A stretch of 63,794 nucleotides of DNA, counting the filler. It is 6 parts of 6 records of this genome, joined end to end, with 100 filler letters (N's around TTAATTAATTAA, not from the genome) between each part and the next. Parts side by side here need not be neighbours in the genome. Positions count along the whole stretch, not along the records: positions 1 to 28,133 come from SRR31147125_33536; 5 more parts are not named here. One strand, written 5' to 3'. Under the pieces are notes generated by a model. It was given only the letters and a program-made list of their open reading frames with translations. It had not been told where the DNA came from and ran no database searches. Each line of letters opens with the position of its first letter. Within the stretch, counting starts at the first letter, position 1. Of the stretch, positions 7,902 through 18,169 are shown piece by piece. A program made the position numbers and the translations under genes.

Positions 7902-10246
7902 TACTTTTTCTTTTTGAGTTTTTCAAACAGCAAACTCAGAAAATACAGCGGCGCAGAGAAGGCCGCGGCAATATCCCCGATACCGCCGAGCATATTAAAC
8001 CCTTCCGTCCCGTCATGCACCATAAACGTGCGCGTGGATGTCGGGCCACGCACGCCCATTTCATCCAGATCAATTGCGCCGTTGCGGACAACAGCGGACC
8101 GAAACAGCGTCGTGACCTTACCGCGGATATGCTTCTCGAGCTTTTCAAAGCCCTCGATGAGATTTTTATTGTAATGCGTAAGCGGGTCGCCCTTCACCCG
8201 CCCGATCATCTGCGCCTCGTCCTGCAGGCTGTCCAGGAATAGCAGATGATCCGCCCAGGCACTGTTCATCGCGTAGAGCAGGATGAGCCGCTCGGCGCGC
8301 CTGAGCTCGGCCTCCCCCACCAACGCGTGAAGCTTTTCGTACAGTTCGGGGTTCTCTTTATTTAAAAGAGATGCGTCGGCATGTCCGAGCAGAATATCTA
8401 CGCGCTTTTGATGGACGATTTTCCGTTGGTCCTCAACGATACCGGCGTACTTGAAAAGTGTTACCTTCGCGTCAAAAAGCTGCCCTTCCACAACCTTCTG
8501 CGTGTGCACGATGGCCTTATGAAACTGCGGATTTGTAAGCGGGCGGTCTGAGCGTTTATCGCGGAGCTTTTCCGGGATGCTTTCATACAGGCCATAACGG
8601 ACGACCAGGTTATCCTCCAGGCTGATAAAAAAACGGCTTTCACCGGGATCGCCCTGACGTCCGGCACGGCCGCGCAGCTGGTTGTCGACCCGGACGCTCT
8701 CATACTTGTTCATCCCAATGATATAAAGCCCGCCCAGCGCACAAACCTGCTTATATTCCCCGGAGTTCTGCCCGCCAAGCCGGATATCGACGCCGCGGCC
8801 GGCCATATTTGTTGAAACAGTGACAGCGCCCAGCTTCCCGGCATCGGCGATAATCCCCGCTTCCTCCGCGTCATTTTTTGCGTTAAGGACATTCAGCCCC
8901 GGTAACTCGCCGCGCAGCATTTCTGCCAGCTGCTCGGACTCCTCGACACTGGCGGTCCCCACAAGCACCGGTCTGCCGGTCCGGTGCGTTTTGACGATCT
9001 CGTCGACGACGGCGCGGTATTTCGCCTCTCTTGTTGCGAAAATGACGTCGGGATGGTCGATTCGGATGCATGGCTTATCCGGCGGAATCACAGTGACGCT
9101 CCTGTCGTAAAACTTCAAAAATTCCGAGGCGGCGGGGCAGGCCGTACCCGTCATACCGCAGAAACTTGGATAGAGCCGCAGAAGGCTCTGCAGTGTAATT
9201 CTATTCATGATCCTGCCCTGCATTTTCGGCGTCAATCCCTCCTTGAGCTCGACGGCGGCATGCAGCCCCTCGGACCACTGGCGGCCGAGCGCAACGCGGC
9301 CCGTGTGTTCGTCAACCAGCAGAATCTCCCCGTCCCGGACGATATAATCGACGTCGCGCTTAAGAAGCTGCTGCGCCTGCACAATAACAACCGCCTTGGC
9401 AGCAAGGTCCAGATTATCGTCGTCGTACAGGTTTGCCAGTCCCAGCTTTTCCTCCAGGTAGGTGATACCCGCTTCCTCAAAGTACACGACGCTGCCGTTT
9501 TCATCGGTGCTGAAATGCACGCCCGGTTCCATTTGAGCGGCGTATTCGTACAGCCGCTCGTCGATAGCATTGTCGGCCGGGAGATCGCCGGCGATGACGA
9601 GTGGAATCCGGGACTCGTCAATGAGAATGGAGTCAGCTTCGTCGATGACGGCGAAGTGAAACGGACGGTGCACAAGCTCCTCCGGCGTATAGCTCAGAAA
9701 ACTGCGCAGGTAGCCAAAGCCTGCTTCCCGTGCGGTGACATATGTCACGTCGGCCGCATAGGCGGCCCGCCGCTCTGTTATATCCGACGACTCAACGATG
9801 TAGCCAACCGTGAGACCAAGCCGCTCGTAGACTGGCCCCATCCACTCCGCGTCCCGCCGGGCCAGATAATCATTAAAAGTCAGGATGTGCACGCCCCTAC
9901 CGCCCAGCGCCTTTAAGTACGCCGTAAAGACGGCCGCGAGCGTCTTCCCTTCCCCGGTAGCCAGCTCAATAATAAAGCCGTCCGCCATCGCCGCGGCGGC
10001 CATAAGCTGGTTATCATGCGTCGCGAGCCCCAGCGTGCGGCGCACGGCTTCATATGTGAGGGCAAACGCTTCAACCTTGAGTGTTGCTTCCTCAGCCCCG
10101 GCTATTGCGCGTTCCCGCAATTCAAGCGAACGGGCAACCAGCTCTTTATCGGATAGGCCTGAATAATCAGACGCTTTAACAGCGTCAGACACAGTGCGAA
10201 AACGCTTTAAGTCATACTCTATATTTTTTAAGTTAACCATTTTCAA
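7901..10246 (-). CDS. secA2: Accessory SecA translocase ATPase (SecA2-type), 781 aa
   Basis: ATGEGKT, NDYLARRD, DEADSILID, STNMAGRGVDI and QLRGRAGRQGDPG motifs; lacks the C-terminal SEC-C zinc motif. Confidence 0.85.
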   Translation of the reverse strand: MKMVNLKNIEYDLKRFRTVSDAVKASDYSGLSDKELVARSLELRERAIAGAEEATLKVEAFALTYEAVRRTLGLATHDNQLMAAAAMADGFIIELATGEGKTLAAVFTAYLKALGGRGVHILTFNDYLARRDAEWMGPVYERLGLTVGYIVESSDITERRAAYAADVTYVTAREAGFGYLRSFLSYTPEELVHRPFHFAVIDEADSILIDESRIPLVIAGDLPADNAIDERLYEYAAQMEPGVHFSTDENGSVVYFEEAGITYLEEKLGLANLYDDDNLDLAAKAVVIVQAQQLLKRDVDYIVRDGEILLVDEHTGRVALGRQWSEGLHAAVELKEGLTPKMQGRIMNRITLQSLLRLYPSFCGMTGTACPAASEFLKFYDRSVTVIPPDKPCIRIDHPDVIFATREAKYRAVVDEIVKTHRTGRPVLVGTASVEESEQLAEMLRGELPGLNVLNAKNDAEEAGIIADAGKLGAVTVSTNMAGRGVDIRLGGQNSGEYKQVCALGGLYIIGMNKYESVRVDNQLRGRAGRQGDPGESRFFISLEDNLVVRYGLYESIPEKLRDKRSDRPLTNPQFHKAIVHTQKVVEGQLFDAKVTLFKYAGIVEDQRKIVHQKRVDILLGHADASLLNKENPELYEKLHALVGEAELRRAERLILLYAMNSAWADHLLFLDSLQDEAQMIGRVKGDPLTHYNKNLIEGFEKLEKHIRGKVTTLFRSAVVRNGAIDLDEMGVRGPTSTRTFMVHDGTEGFNMLGGIGDIAAAFSAPLYFLSLLFEKLKKKK

Positions 10247-10274
10247 GTCTCCGTTTCATTATTTAATGACGTGA

Positions 10275-10324
10275 AAAACAGCAGACAAGACCATGGCCGC
10301 GCCATGGTTTTGGACTGCTGTTTT
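10275..10324. terminator. Long hairpin between the small membrane gene and secA2 (terminator or attenuator)
   Basis: AAAACAGCAG..ACCATGGC/GCCATGGT..CTGCTGTTTT. Confidence 0.6.
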
Positions 10325-10335
10325 AAATCGGAGAC

Positions 10336-10533
10336 TTATTCGTTTTTCTGCGTGCTGAGCTTTAAGGACGCGAAGGCGCACGGCATCGGCGCTTTAATAA
10401 GGAAAGCCGACGCCAGGAACGTAACGATCAGGATAAATGGCGCGAGGTCCGTCAGACTCAGGCACAGATATATAGCAAAGGCGGTAAATGCAGCCGCGAG
10501 GATAACAGCTACTTGAATGCTTTTTGCTTTCAC
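10336..10533 (-). CDS. Small two-TM membrane protein, 65 aa
   Basis: Two hydrophobic stretches; GTG start preceded by AAGGCGGGTGA. Confidence 0.6.
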   Translation of the reverse strand: MKAKSIQVAVILAAAFTAFAIYLCLSLTDLAPFILIVTFLASAFLIKAPMPCAFASLKLSTQKNE

Positions 10534-10648
10534 GGTCTCACCCGCCTTTCATCAGCTATCTGGATTATAGTCCCGCTGCCGTAAAATGTCAAACACTCGA
10601 CGCATGGAAAAACCGGCAGCAAATATGCGCACGGCCTTGGCTTCCCGA

Positions 10649-10677
10649 TTGACACAGCGTAAAAAAGCCTATACGAT
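10649..10677 (+). promoter_or_regulatory. Sigma-A promoter of glpK
   Basis: TTGACA-17 nt-TACGAT. Confidence 0.7.
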
Positions 10678-10708
10678 GTGTGTGACTAAACATAAAGGGG
10701 CGTATCCG

Positions 10709-12193
10709 ATGAGATATATCCTGTCGCTGGACCAGGGCACGACGAGCTCCCGCGCCATTTTGTTTGACGAGCACCAGAACATCGTGGCTTCGGCCCAGCG
10801 TGAGCTGAATCAGATCTTTCCGCAGGAGGGCTGGGTTGAGCAGGACCCGATGGAGATCTTTTCGTCCCAGTACTCGGTCATGATGGAGGCGGTAGCAAAG
10901 AGCGGTGCGGACGTGCGCGACATCACAGCGCTCGGTATCGCCAACCAGCGTGAGACGACTGTTGTATGGGAAAAAGCAACGGGCCGCCCCGTCTATAACG
11001 CCATCGTCTGGCAGTGCCGGCGCACATCAGATATTATCGATGCGCTGGTGGCCGGCGGGCATGGCGACACCATCAAGCAGACGACAGGCCTCGTGCCGGA
11101 CGCTTACTTCTCCGGCCCTAAAATCCAGTGGATACTGGACAACGTCATAGGCGCGCGTGAAAAGGCCGAGCACGGCGAGCTGCTCTTCGGCACAGTGGAC
11201 ACCTGGCTCATGTGGAAGCTGACGAATGGCCGCGTGCACGCGACGGACCGGACCAATGCCAGCCGCACCATGCTTTATAATATCCATACGCTTAAATGGG
11301 ACGACACGCTGCTGAAGCTCATGGGCATCCCCCGCAGCATGCTGCCGGCCGTCCGCGAATCGAGCTTTATTTACGGGCATGTACCGATTCAAGACGTCTT
11401 CATCCCCATTGCCGGCGTCGCCGGCGACCAGCAGGCGGCACTCTTCGGCCAGACGTGCTTTTATAAGGGCGAGGCGAAAAACACCTACGGAACCGGCTGT
11501 TTTCTCCTGATGCATACGGGCGACAAGCCGATTGCCAGCAAAAACGGACTCGTCACAACCATCGCCGCAACGCCGTCCGGCAGTATAGGCTATGCGCTGG
11601 AGGGCAGCGTCTTTACAGGCGGAGCCGTAGTGCAGTGGCTGCGTGATGATATGCGCTTTTTTTCCGAAAGCGAGGACTGCGAGTATCTGGCCACGAAGGT
11701 GCGGGACACAGGCGGCGTCTATCTCGTCCCAGCGTTCAACGGGCTCGGCGCCCCCTACTGGGACATGTATGCCAGAGGCTTGCTCGTCGGCATTACCCGT
11801 GGCACGAAACGCGAGCATATCATACGCGCGGCGCTGGAGGCCATCGCCTATCAGTCAGCCGATCTTGTAGCTTCGATGGAAGCCGATACGGGAATGCCGA
11901 TGGGCGATCTAAACGTTGACGGCGGCGCGTCCCAAAACGGCTTCCTGATGCAGTTCCAGGCCGACATCCTCGGGCGGTGTGTCCGGCGTCCTCTGGTGTT
12001 TGAAACAACGGCGCTCGGCGTGTGCTATCTGGCCGGGCTGGCGGTCGGTGTCTGGGATGGGCTTGAGGACATTAAAAGCCTTTGGCAGTGCGGACACCGT
12101 TTTGCCCCCGCGCTCGACAGCGACACGCGGCAGAAACTCATGGACGGCTGGCACAAGGCCGTCGGCCACAGCCTGGGCTGGGCGCGAAAATAG
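10709..12193 (+). CDS. glpK: Glycerol kinase
   Basis: [33 protein letters not shown] and KNTYGTG motifs; start reassigned to ATG 10709 after AAAGGGG. Confidence 0.96.
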   Translation: MRYILSLDQGTTSSRAILFDEHQNIVASAQRELNQIFPQEGWVEQDPMEIFSSQYSVMMEAVAKSGADVRDITALGIANQRETTVVWEKATGRPVYNAIVWQCRRTSDIIDALVAGGHGDTIKQTTGLVPDAYFSGPKIQWILDNVIGAREKAEHGELLFGTVDTWLMWKLTNGRVHATDRTNASRTMLYNIHTLKWDDTLLKLMGIPRSMLPAVRESSFIYGHVPIQDVFIPIAGVAGDQQAALFGQTCFYKGEAKNTYGTGCFLLMHTGDKPIASKNGLVTTIAATPSGSIGYALEGSVFTGGAVVQWLRDDMRFFSESEDCEYLATKVRDTGGVYLVPAFNGLGAPYWDMYARGLLVGITRGTKREHIIRAALEAIAYQSADLVASMEADTGMPMGDLNVDGGASQNGFLMQFQADILGRCVRRPLVFETTALGVCYLAGLAVGVWDGLEDIKSLWQCGHRFAPALDSDTRQKLMDGWHKAVGHSLGWARK

Positions 12194-12194
12194 G

Positions 12195-12223
12195 TTGCAT
12201 TAAAAAGGCGTCCATCGTATAAT
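12195..12223 (+). promoter_or_regulatory. Sigma-A promoter of the DegV gene
   Basis: TTGCAT-17 nt-TATAAT. Confidence 0.7.
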
Positions 12224-12249
12224 AATCTCACATAAAGGAGGAGAATTCC

Positions 12250-13101
12250 ATGCGTATAAAGATCACCTCAGATAGCACCTGTGACCTGACAAAGGACCTG
12301 CTGGATAAGCATGACATCTATATTTTCCCCCTGACCATCATCAAAAGCGACAACGGCGGCGAATACCTGGACGGTATTGAAATCCAGCCGCAGGACATCT
12401 TTGATTATGTCGAAAGCGGCCGGGGCGTAACCCATACCTCCGCGGTCAACGTCTCCGATTTTGAAGAAAAATTCAAAGAATTTTCACCGGATTACGACGC
12501 TGTTTTTTATATCGGCATTAGCAGTGACTTTTCCGCCTGCTACCAAAACGCTGTTATAGCCGCACAGAATTTTGATAATGTCTATACCTTAGATTCACGC
12601 AACCTGTCCTCCGGTATCGGCCATATAGTCCTGGATGCCGCTTTGATGGCGGAGTCCGGGATGGACATTCAGGATATCCTTGAAACACTCGGCACGATGA
12701 CCGACAAGGTTGAGGCCAGCTTCGTCATCGACACGCTCAAATATCTCCATCGGGGCGGCCGCTGCTCGGGCGTGGCGGCGCTGGGCGCCAACGTTTTAAA
12801 GCTCAAGCCCTGTATTGAGGTCAAGGACGGCAAAATGGATGTCGGTAAAAAGTACCGGGGCAATTTCGACAAGGTCATCCTCCAGTACGTCCAGGATAAG
12901 CTTGCCGGGCGGGACGACCTGGACCCCAAGCGCATCTTCGTCACCCATCCGCCGGGCATGGACCAGAAAATTGTCGACACTGTCATTGACGCTGTCAAAG
13001 CCGAGGGCAAGTTCGACGAAATCATTGAAACGAATGCCGGCTGCACTATCTGCCATCACTGCGGCCCCGTCTGCCTGGGCGTTTTGTTCTACCATAAATA
13101 G
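12250..13101 (+). CDS. DegV family fatty-acid-binding protein (FakB-like)
   Basis: ITSDSTCDL, DSRNLSSG, LKYLHRGGR and HCGP motifs. Confidence 0.93.
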   Translation: MRIKITSDSTCDLTKDLLDKHDIYIFPLTIIKSDNGGEYLDGIEIQPQDIFDYVESGRGVTHTSAVNVSDFEEKFKEFSPDYDAVFYIGISSDFSACYQNAVIAAQNFDNVYTLDSRNLSSGIGHIVLDAALMAESGMDIQDILETLGTMTDKVEASFVIDTLKYLHRGGRCSGVAALGANVLKLKPCIEVKDGKMDVGKKYRGNFDKVILQYVQDKLAGRDDLDPKRIFVTHPPGMDQKIVDTVIDAVKAEGKFDEIIETNAGCTICHHCGPVCLGVLFYHK

Positions 13102-13144
13102 TTGTACTTATTAAAACATCCCGCTCAGGGGTGTTATCCACTGT

Positions 13145-13169
13145 AAAAAGCCGCTCCAGCGGCTTTTTT
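13145..13169 (+). terminator. Intrinsic terminator
   Basis: AAAAAGCCGCT-CC-AGCGGCTTTTTT. Confidence 0.75.
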
Positions 13170-13348
13170 ATCCAATCATGATTCTCGCACAGCCGCGATC
13201 GCAGCCAAACTCAAATCGATAGTGAAATGACGCCTTACGCCGAGGCGTTATTTTTTTGTCACAATCTGTCATTTTATTGTATTTATGATATAATCAGGCT
13301 ATAGTCTTGGCAACATTTAGTCTATTTCATTTAAGGAGATAACAGCGT

Positions 13349-14959
13349 ATGCACCGATTAAAGAAATTCCTGACACTTCTTCTTACCCTGGCGCTTTTAT
13401 CCGGCCTTGGCGGCCTAGCGTCGTTATCCGCCACGGCCGCGGCGGCAACCGTTCAGCCGACCAGCTCAACGGTCATGATCGACGGGACAGCCGTCCCCTT
13501 TCAGGCCTACAACATTGACGGGTATAATTATTTCAAGCTGCGCGATATCGCCATGGCTATGAGCGGGACGGACACGCAATTTGAAGTTGGCTACGACAAT
13601 GCGTCAAACGCCGTCTCGCTGACAGCCGGGCAAGCTTATACGCCGGTCGGCGGAGAGCTTATTGTCTCTGATGATCTAAGCAGCCGGGAAGCAACGGCCT
13701 CCGCCGCCAAGGTCTATCTCGACGGCGCGGAGATCAGCCCAAGCGCCTATTTCGTCGGCGGCAACAACTATTTCAGGCTGCGGGATATCGGCGCGGCCAT
13801 TAATTTCGGCGTCACCTGGGACGACGTAAGCAATACGATCGCGCTTGATACATCCAGCGCCTATGTCAGCGATATGGTCGGCTTCTTCGATCCCGGCTAC
13901 TACTATACGAATAATCCGGAGTACCATATTGAATATTTAACGATGGCAGACGGCATATTGTATAAAGTCTTGAGCAACGCGCTGAGCAAATGGGCACAAC
14001 GCCTCAACTGTACCTATGACAACTACTTTGCTTCAGGCGATATCGACTTTTTTATAGAAAGCCTGGAAACCTTTACTGCGAAGGGAACGGACGGCTTTTT
14101 GCTGGACCCTGACACAGCATCCATACCGCGTATCGCCGAAATCATGACAGAGCTCGATCTCCCATGGATGACCGGATTTTCGCCAGCTTTTGACGAAGAC
14201 GGCAAAGCGCTTCATCCATACGTGAGCTTCAACAACACCGAAATAGGCGCAAAAATGGCGCAATGGACGATCGATTATGCGGAAAAAACCTGGCCGGATG
14301 CCGATCCGGCGGAGATTGGCATGCTCTCCTTAGACTTCTCAATTGCGCCGGCGATTCACGAGCGCACCGTCGGCGCGCAGGACGTCTGGAACGAGACTTA
14401 TCCGGACCAAGAAGCAAACTTCTACGTTGGTGACGGCGTTACGGGCGGGACGCTAAGCAGCGAAATCGCCTATAACTTGGCCTCCGTCGTGTTTGCCGTC
14501 GATCCAGACATCCGCTACTGGCTGGTCTGCGCCTGCATTGACGATTATGCCGACGGCACGGCGCAAGCCGCCGAAGCCGCCGGGTTCGATGATCGCTGCG
14601 TCGTTGTTACCTGCGGCGGCACGCCACTGATTGAACAGTGGGATGCCGGGCAGAACAGCTGCTGGAAGGCGGCTCTGTACTCTGATTATGCTCTTTATTC
14701 GGAACCGATGATCTGCGGCCTGTACGCCATGATGAACGGTGACGCCACACCCGAAACACTCTGGCCGGAGTGGATCAATAAAAACGCCGGAGACACTTAT
14801 GCGTCTGTCCAGCTTCCTATGGTTTTTATCACGCAGAAAAACTATAAGGAATATCTGGAATGGGTCGATTCCTATACGGGGTTTAACGACTATGATTACG
14901 ATTACACCGGTACAAAGTTTACGCTTCGCGCAACGCCGCCGGACTCTTATAACAATTAA
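13349..14959 (+). CDS. Secreted protein: duplicated N-terminal cell-surface module plus sugar-type solute-binding-like domain
   Basis: Signal peptide; two AY(N/F)xxGxNYF(K/R)LRDI repeats; C-terminal region resembles type I periplasmic binding proteins. Confidence 0.65.
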   Translation: MHRLKKFLTLLLTLALLSGLGGLASLSATAAAATVQPTSSTVMIDGTAVPFQAYNIDGYNYFKLRDIAMAMSGTDTQFEVGYDNASNAVSLTAGQAYTPVGGELIVSDDLSSREATASAAKVYLDGAEISPSAYFVGGNNYFRLRDIGAAINFGVTWDDVSNTIALDTSSAYVSDMVGFFDPGYYYTNNPEYHIEYLTMADGILYKVLSNALSKWAQRLNCTYDNYFASGDIDFFIESLETFTAKGTDGFLLDPDTASIPRIAEIMTELDLPWMTGFSPAFDEDGKALHPYVSFNNTEIGAKMAQWTIDYAEKTWPDADPAEIGMLSLDFSIAPAIHERTVGAQDVWNETYPDQEANFYVGDGVTGGTLSSEIAYNLASVVFAVDPDIRYWLVCACIDDYADGTAQAAEAAGFDDRCVVVTCGGTPLIEQWDAGQNSCWKAALYSDYALYSEPMICGLYAMMNGDATPETLWPEWINKNAGDTYASVQLPMVFITQKNYKEYLEWVDSYTGFNDYDYDYTGTKFTLRATPPDSYNN

Positions 14960-14973
14960 TTATTACAGAAAAG

Positions 14974-14995
14974 CGGGGCGGCTCAGGCCGCCCCG
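14974..14995. terminator. Hairpin between convergent genes
   Basis: CGGGGCGGC-TCAG-GCCGCCCCG preceded by an A-run. Confidence 0.65.
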
Positions 14996-15044
14996 TTAAT
15001 ACGCGAAAGCTTCATTCATCGGGATGCCAATGCGTCCCGTTTTT

Positions 15045-15728
15045 TTATATTTTCTTACCCTCACCGTAGCGCATCGGGCAGACAACGCGGCAGGCGTTGC
15101 ATTTGGTGACCTCAAAGCCTCGCTCATTCGTGGAGTATGTATTCATCCGGCACAGCTTTTGGTTGACGGTGACACCATCCAGCGCGCCGGCCGGGCAGGC
15201 TTCGATACACAGCCGGCAGTCCGGCAGGCAGACGCTTTCGAGCAGGTCATCCGACGGCAAATCCAAACTTGTGAGCACTGCGCCGATATTGAGTGTGTTG
15301 CCGAAATCCCGGCTTAAAAGCATGGTGTTCTTACCGAGCGTCCCGAGTCCGGCAAGGACGGCGGCGTGCCGCATGGACAGGATGCCACGCCCCTCCAGAT
15401 CGTCCGGGTTCCAGTAATCGTACGGATCGTCCGAGGGGATGGGCACGGCGTAACCGTGAAAGCGGCGCTCGATCTCCAGCGAAGCATAAAAGGCGATCCG
15501 GTCCAGCTCAATGCGCGATATGCGGCTGAACTGCTTGTAAACGATCCTCGGGCTGACCTTTGTCGTCCCAATGGGAATCGCGATTCCGAATACAACGACG
15601 GACCGGCAGTCCGGGAAAACATCGCGCGGCCCGAAGCCCTCGGGCGCGGACTCAAACCGATCAATATTCGCCACGCCGCACACGTCCGCGCCAAGGCGAG
15701 TAAAAACCTTACGAATGTCGTCCTTCAT
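15045..15728 (-). CDS. Short epoxyqueuosine reductase (QueG)-like 4Fe-4S protein
   Basis: GADVCGVA, SMRHAAVLAGLGTLGKN, CxxxCxxCxxxCP and CxxCxxxCP motifs. Confidence 0.8.
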   Translation of the reverse strand: MKDDIRKVFTRLGADVCGVANIDRFESAPEGFGPRDVFPDCRSVVVFGIAIPIGTTKVSPRIVYKQFSRISRIELDRIAFYASLEIERRFHGYAVPIPSDDPYDYWNPDDLEGRGILSMRHAAVLAGLGTLGKNTMLLSRDFGNTLNIGAVLTSLDLPSDDLLESVCLPDCRLCIEACPAGALDGVTVNQKLCRMNTYSTNERGFEVTKCNACRVVCPMRYGEGKKI

Positions 15729-15809
15729 AGAGCTCCTCCCTTATGTTAAACAGTGTTCCCCCGCATGGCGGCCTTGTTGAAAAAGCTGCTCTAAGCGAGG
15801 GAACATTTT

Positions 15810-16850
15810 TTATCTGAGTTTCGCGTAATGCGCGCTGGAGTATGTATATAGCTCGTCGTATGCCGCTTTTTTAATGTCGGGATCTTGGACCATAATGGAT
15901 GCCAGCACGCGCCCGCGCCCAGCATACTTGTCGACGTATTCGCGCACGAGCGCGCGCGCCTCGTCCTCCGTGATCCCGCACCGGTCTAGGCCCTGGATGG
16001 GGATGGTAAACGTCATTTTATCGCCGTAATCACGTTTGAGCATGTCGAAATCGTTAATCGGCTGGGGTGTCCACGCAGTGAGGCCCATATCAACAAGATC
16101 CTCGATGTACTGCTGTGTCAGGCCGCAGGAATGCAGCTCAACGTATTTGCCGCGCCCGCGCAGGTACTGGATAATGCGTTTGGCCTGCGGTTTAATCATA
16201 TCCTTAAACATTTTATCCGAGAAAAAGCCGGCGCGCTGCGTCCCCCAGTCATCACCGTAGATGATCGTGTCAATCGGCTCGTAATACTGGAAGAGCTTTT
16301 CAAGAACCTGAATCTTATAATCGGCAACCGCCTCAAAAAAGGCCTGAACCTCCTCCGGCTCCTCAATGAGGGCAGCCAGCGCCTCGTCAAACGGGATGAC
16401 CTCATGCAGGCGCTCAAAGCAGCCCTCAGCCGTATGGAACACATGCAGCCGGTCCGGGTCATAGACCTCCTTTTGGTAGGCCGCGTCGCCCTCCCAGTCC
16501 ACCGCCTCAAGGTCCGGGAAAACAAGCTCCTCGCGCCATTTGGAAAAATCACTCACAAGGCGCGTGCCGGGCTTCACCATACTCCCCTGCACCTCTTCAA
16601 CCCATACCCATTCAACGCCAAACCAGTCCTTGCCGTCGGCCTCGTACATGGGATGCTCCAGTATGACGTCCGGCCAGACCCACTGATTGTCGTACATCCA
16701 GATGGGCAGCCAGTACGGCACCTCTCCGTCGTAGACGCGTTTCAGATTTTCGCGCGCTGTGATCGGGCGTGGCGGCATTGGGGGTGGGTTTTGCTGACAC
16801 AGCCAGGAAAAAGATCCGTAGCGCTGCCTGGATTCTCTTGTATTGTTCAA
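15810..16850 (-). CDS. Uroporphyrinogen decarboxylase family / corrinoid methyltransferase (MtaA/CmuA-like)
   Basis: DWFGVEW, GCFERL, DDWGTQ and ELHSCG motifs; TTG start after AAGGAGG. Confidence 0.8.
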   Translation of the reverse strand: MNNTRESRQRYGSFSWLCQQNPPPMPPRPITARENLKRVYDGEVPYWLPIWMYDNQWVWPDVILEHPMYEADGKDWFGVEWVWVEEVQGSMVKPGTRLVSDFSKWREELVFPDLEAVDWEGDAAYQKEVYDPDRLHVFHTAEGCFERLHEVIPFDEALAALIEEPEEVQAFFEAVADYKIQVLEKLFQYYEPIDTIIYGDDWGTQRAGFFSDKMFKDMIKPQAKRIIQYLRGRGKYVELHSCGLTQQYIEDLVDMGLTAWTPQPINDFDMLKRDYGDKMTFTIPIQGLDRCGITEDEARALVREYVDKYAGRGRVLASIMVQDPDIKKAAYDELYTYSSAHYAKLR

Positions 16851-16931
16851 AACCGGTTTTCCTCCTTATATCATCCCTCCGTGGCTGTTGCGCGGTCTGC
16901 CATGGGGGCTTTTTAAGAAATTGTTATTTCA

Positions 16932-17064
16932 CCCTCATCAGTCTCGCTGTGCTCGACAGCTTCCCCAAAGGGAAGCCTTTGTCGCCGGCAGCGCCTTTTA
17001 CAGCACCTGCCCTTAGCCTTCCCCCGGGGGAAGGTGGCGCGTCGTAAGACGCGACGGATGAGGG
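16932..17064. repeat. Inverted pair of palindromic repeat units (MITE/REP-like)
   Basis: CCCTCATCAGTC..GACAGCTTCCCCAAAGGGAAGCC faces GCCTTCCCCCGGGGGAAGGTGGC..GACGGATGAGGG. Confidence 0.7.
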
Positions 17065-17155
17065 ATAGAATATGTTAAAGTCGTTTTCACCGACCGTCAA
17101 AACTGGACCATAGGGGCGAAGCCCCTATACCTTACAGGGGGGATGGGCGGGCAAT

Positions 17156-18169
17156 TTATTCGTAGCCGTTGGGATTGTTCTTCTGCCAGTTCCATGCGTC
17201 ACGGCACATATCCTCAAGCGTGTATGACGCCGTCCAGCCGAGCGTCAGCGCAGCTGTGGCCGAATCGGCGTACATCTCGGGGATATCGCCTTCCCGGCGC
17301 TCCGCAACCTCGTACGGAATTTTTATATCGTTGACATTTTCAAACGCATTCACAATATCCAAAACGCTGTAACCGACACCGGTGCCAAGATTAAACGCCG
17401 ACACGCCCTGCTGCTTTTCACAGTATTGAAGCGCGGCTACATGGCCGCGCGCCAGGTCGACCACGTGGATATAGTCGCGCACGCCCGTGCCGTCCCGCGT
17501 CGGATAGTCGTCCCCGAAAACGCTGAGCTTTTCAAGCTTTCCGACGGCGACCTGTGTGATATACGGCATGAGGTTGTTGGGAATCCCGTTCGGCATTTCA
17601 CCGATCCGGCCGCTGGGGTGTGCGCCGACCGGGTTAAAATACCGCAGCAGAACAGCCGACAGCGCTGAGTCGGCCACTCCGGCGTCCTTGATGATCTGCT
17701 CAATGAACAGCTTCGTGCTGCCATACGGATTGGAGCACGGGCCGGTCTTCATGGTTTCTGTAAGGGGCAGCTTGTCCGGTGTGCCGTACACCGTTGCCGA
17801 TGAGCTGAAAATGAGGTTACTAACGCCAAAGCGCGCCATCGTTTCCAGCAGTGTGAGCGTACAATCTATATTATTGCGGTAATAACGCAGCGGCTGCTTT
17901 ACCGATTCGCCGACGGCCTTGAGTCCCGCAAAATGGATGACGCCGTCAATATCGCTGTTTTCAAAAATGTCTTCAAGCACGTCCTGGTCGGCAACGTCCG
18001 CTGTGAAAACCGTGACGGCTTTTCCCGTCAGCTCTTCTATTCGGCGGGCAACCTCAGGCGAGCTGTTTGAAAAATTGTCAACGATGACGACGTCATAGCC
18101 GGCCTCCAGTAATTCAACAGCTGTATGCGAACCGATATAGCCGGCACCGCCGGTGAGAAGTATGCTCAT
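17156..18169 (-). CDS. galE: UDP-glucose 4-epimerase
   Basis: TGGAGYIGSH, HFAGLKAVGES, SSSATVYG, LRYFNP and GVRDYIHV motifs. Confidence 0.97.
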   Translation of the reverse strand: MSILLTGGAGYIGSHTAVELLEAGYDVVIVDNFSNSSPEVARRIEELTGKAVTVFTADVADQDVLEDIFENSDIDGVIHFAGLKAVGESVKQPLRYYRNNIDCTLTLLETMARFGVSNLIFSSSATVYGTPDKLPLTETMKTGPCSNPYGSTKLFIEQIIKDAGVADSALSAVLLRYFNPVGAHPSGRIGEMPNGIPNNLMPYITQVAVGKLEKLSVFGDDYPTRDGTGVRDYIHVVDLARGHVAALQYCEKQQGVSAFNLGTGVGYSVLDIVNAFENVNDIKIPYEVAERREGDIPEMYADSATAALTLGWTASYTLEDMCRDAWNWQKNNPNGYE

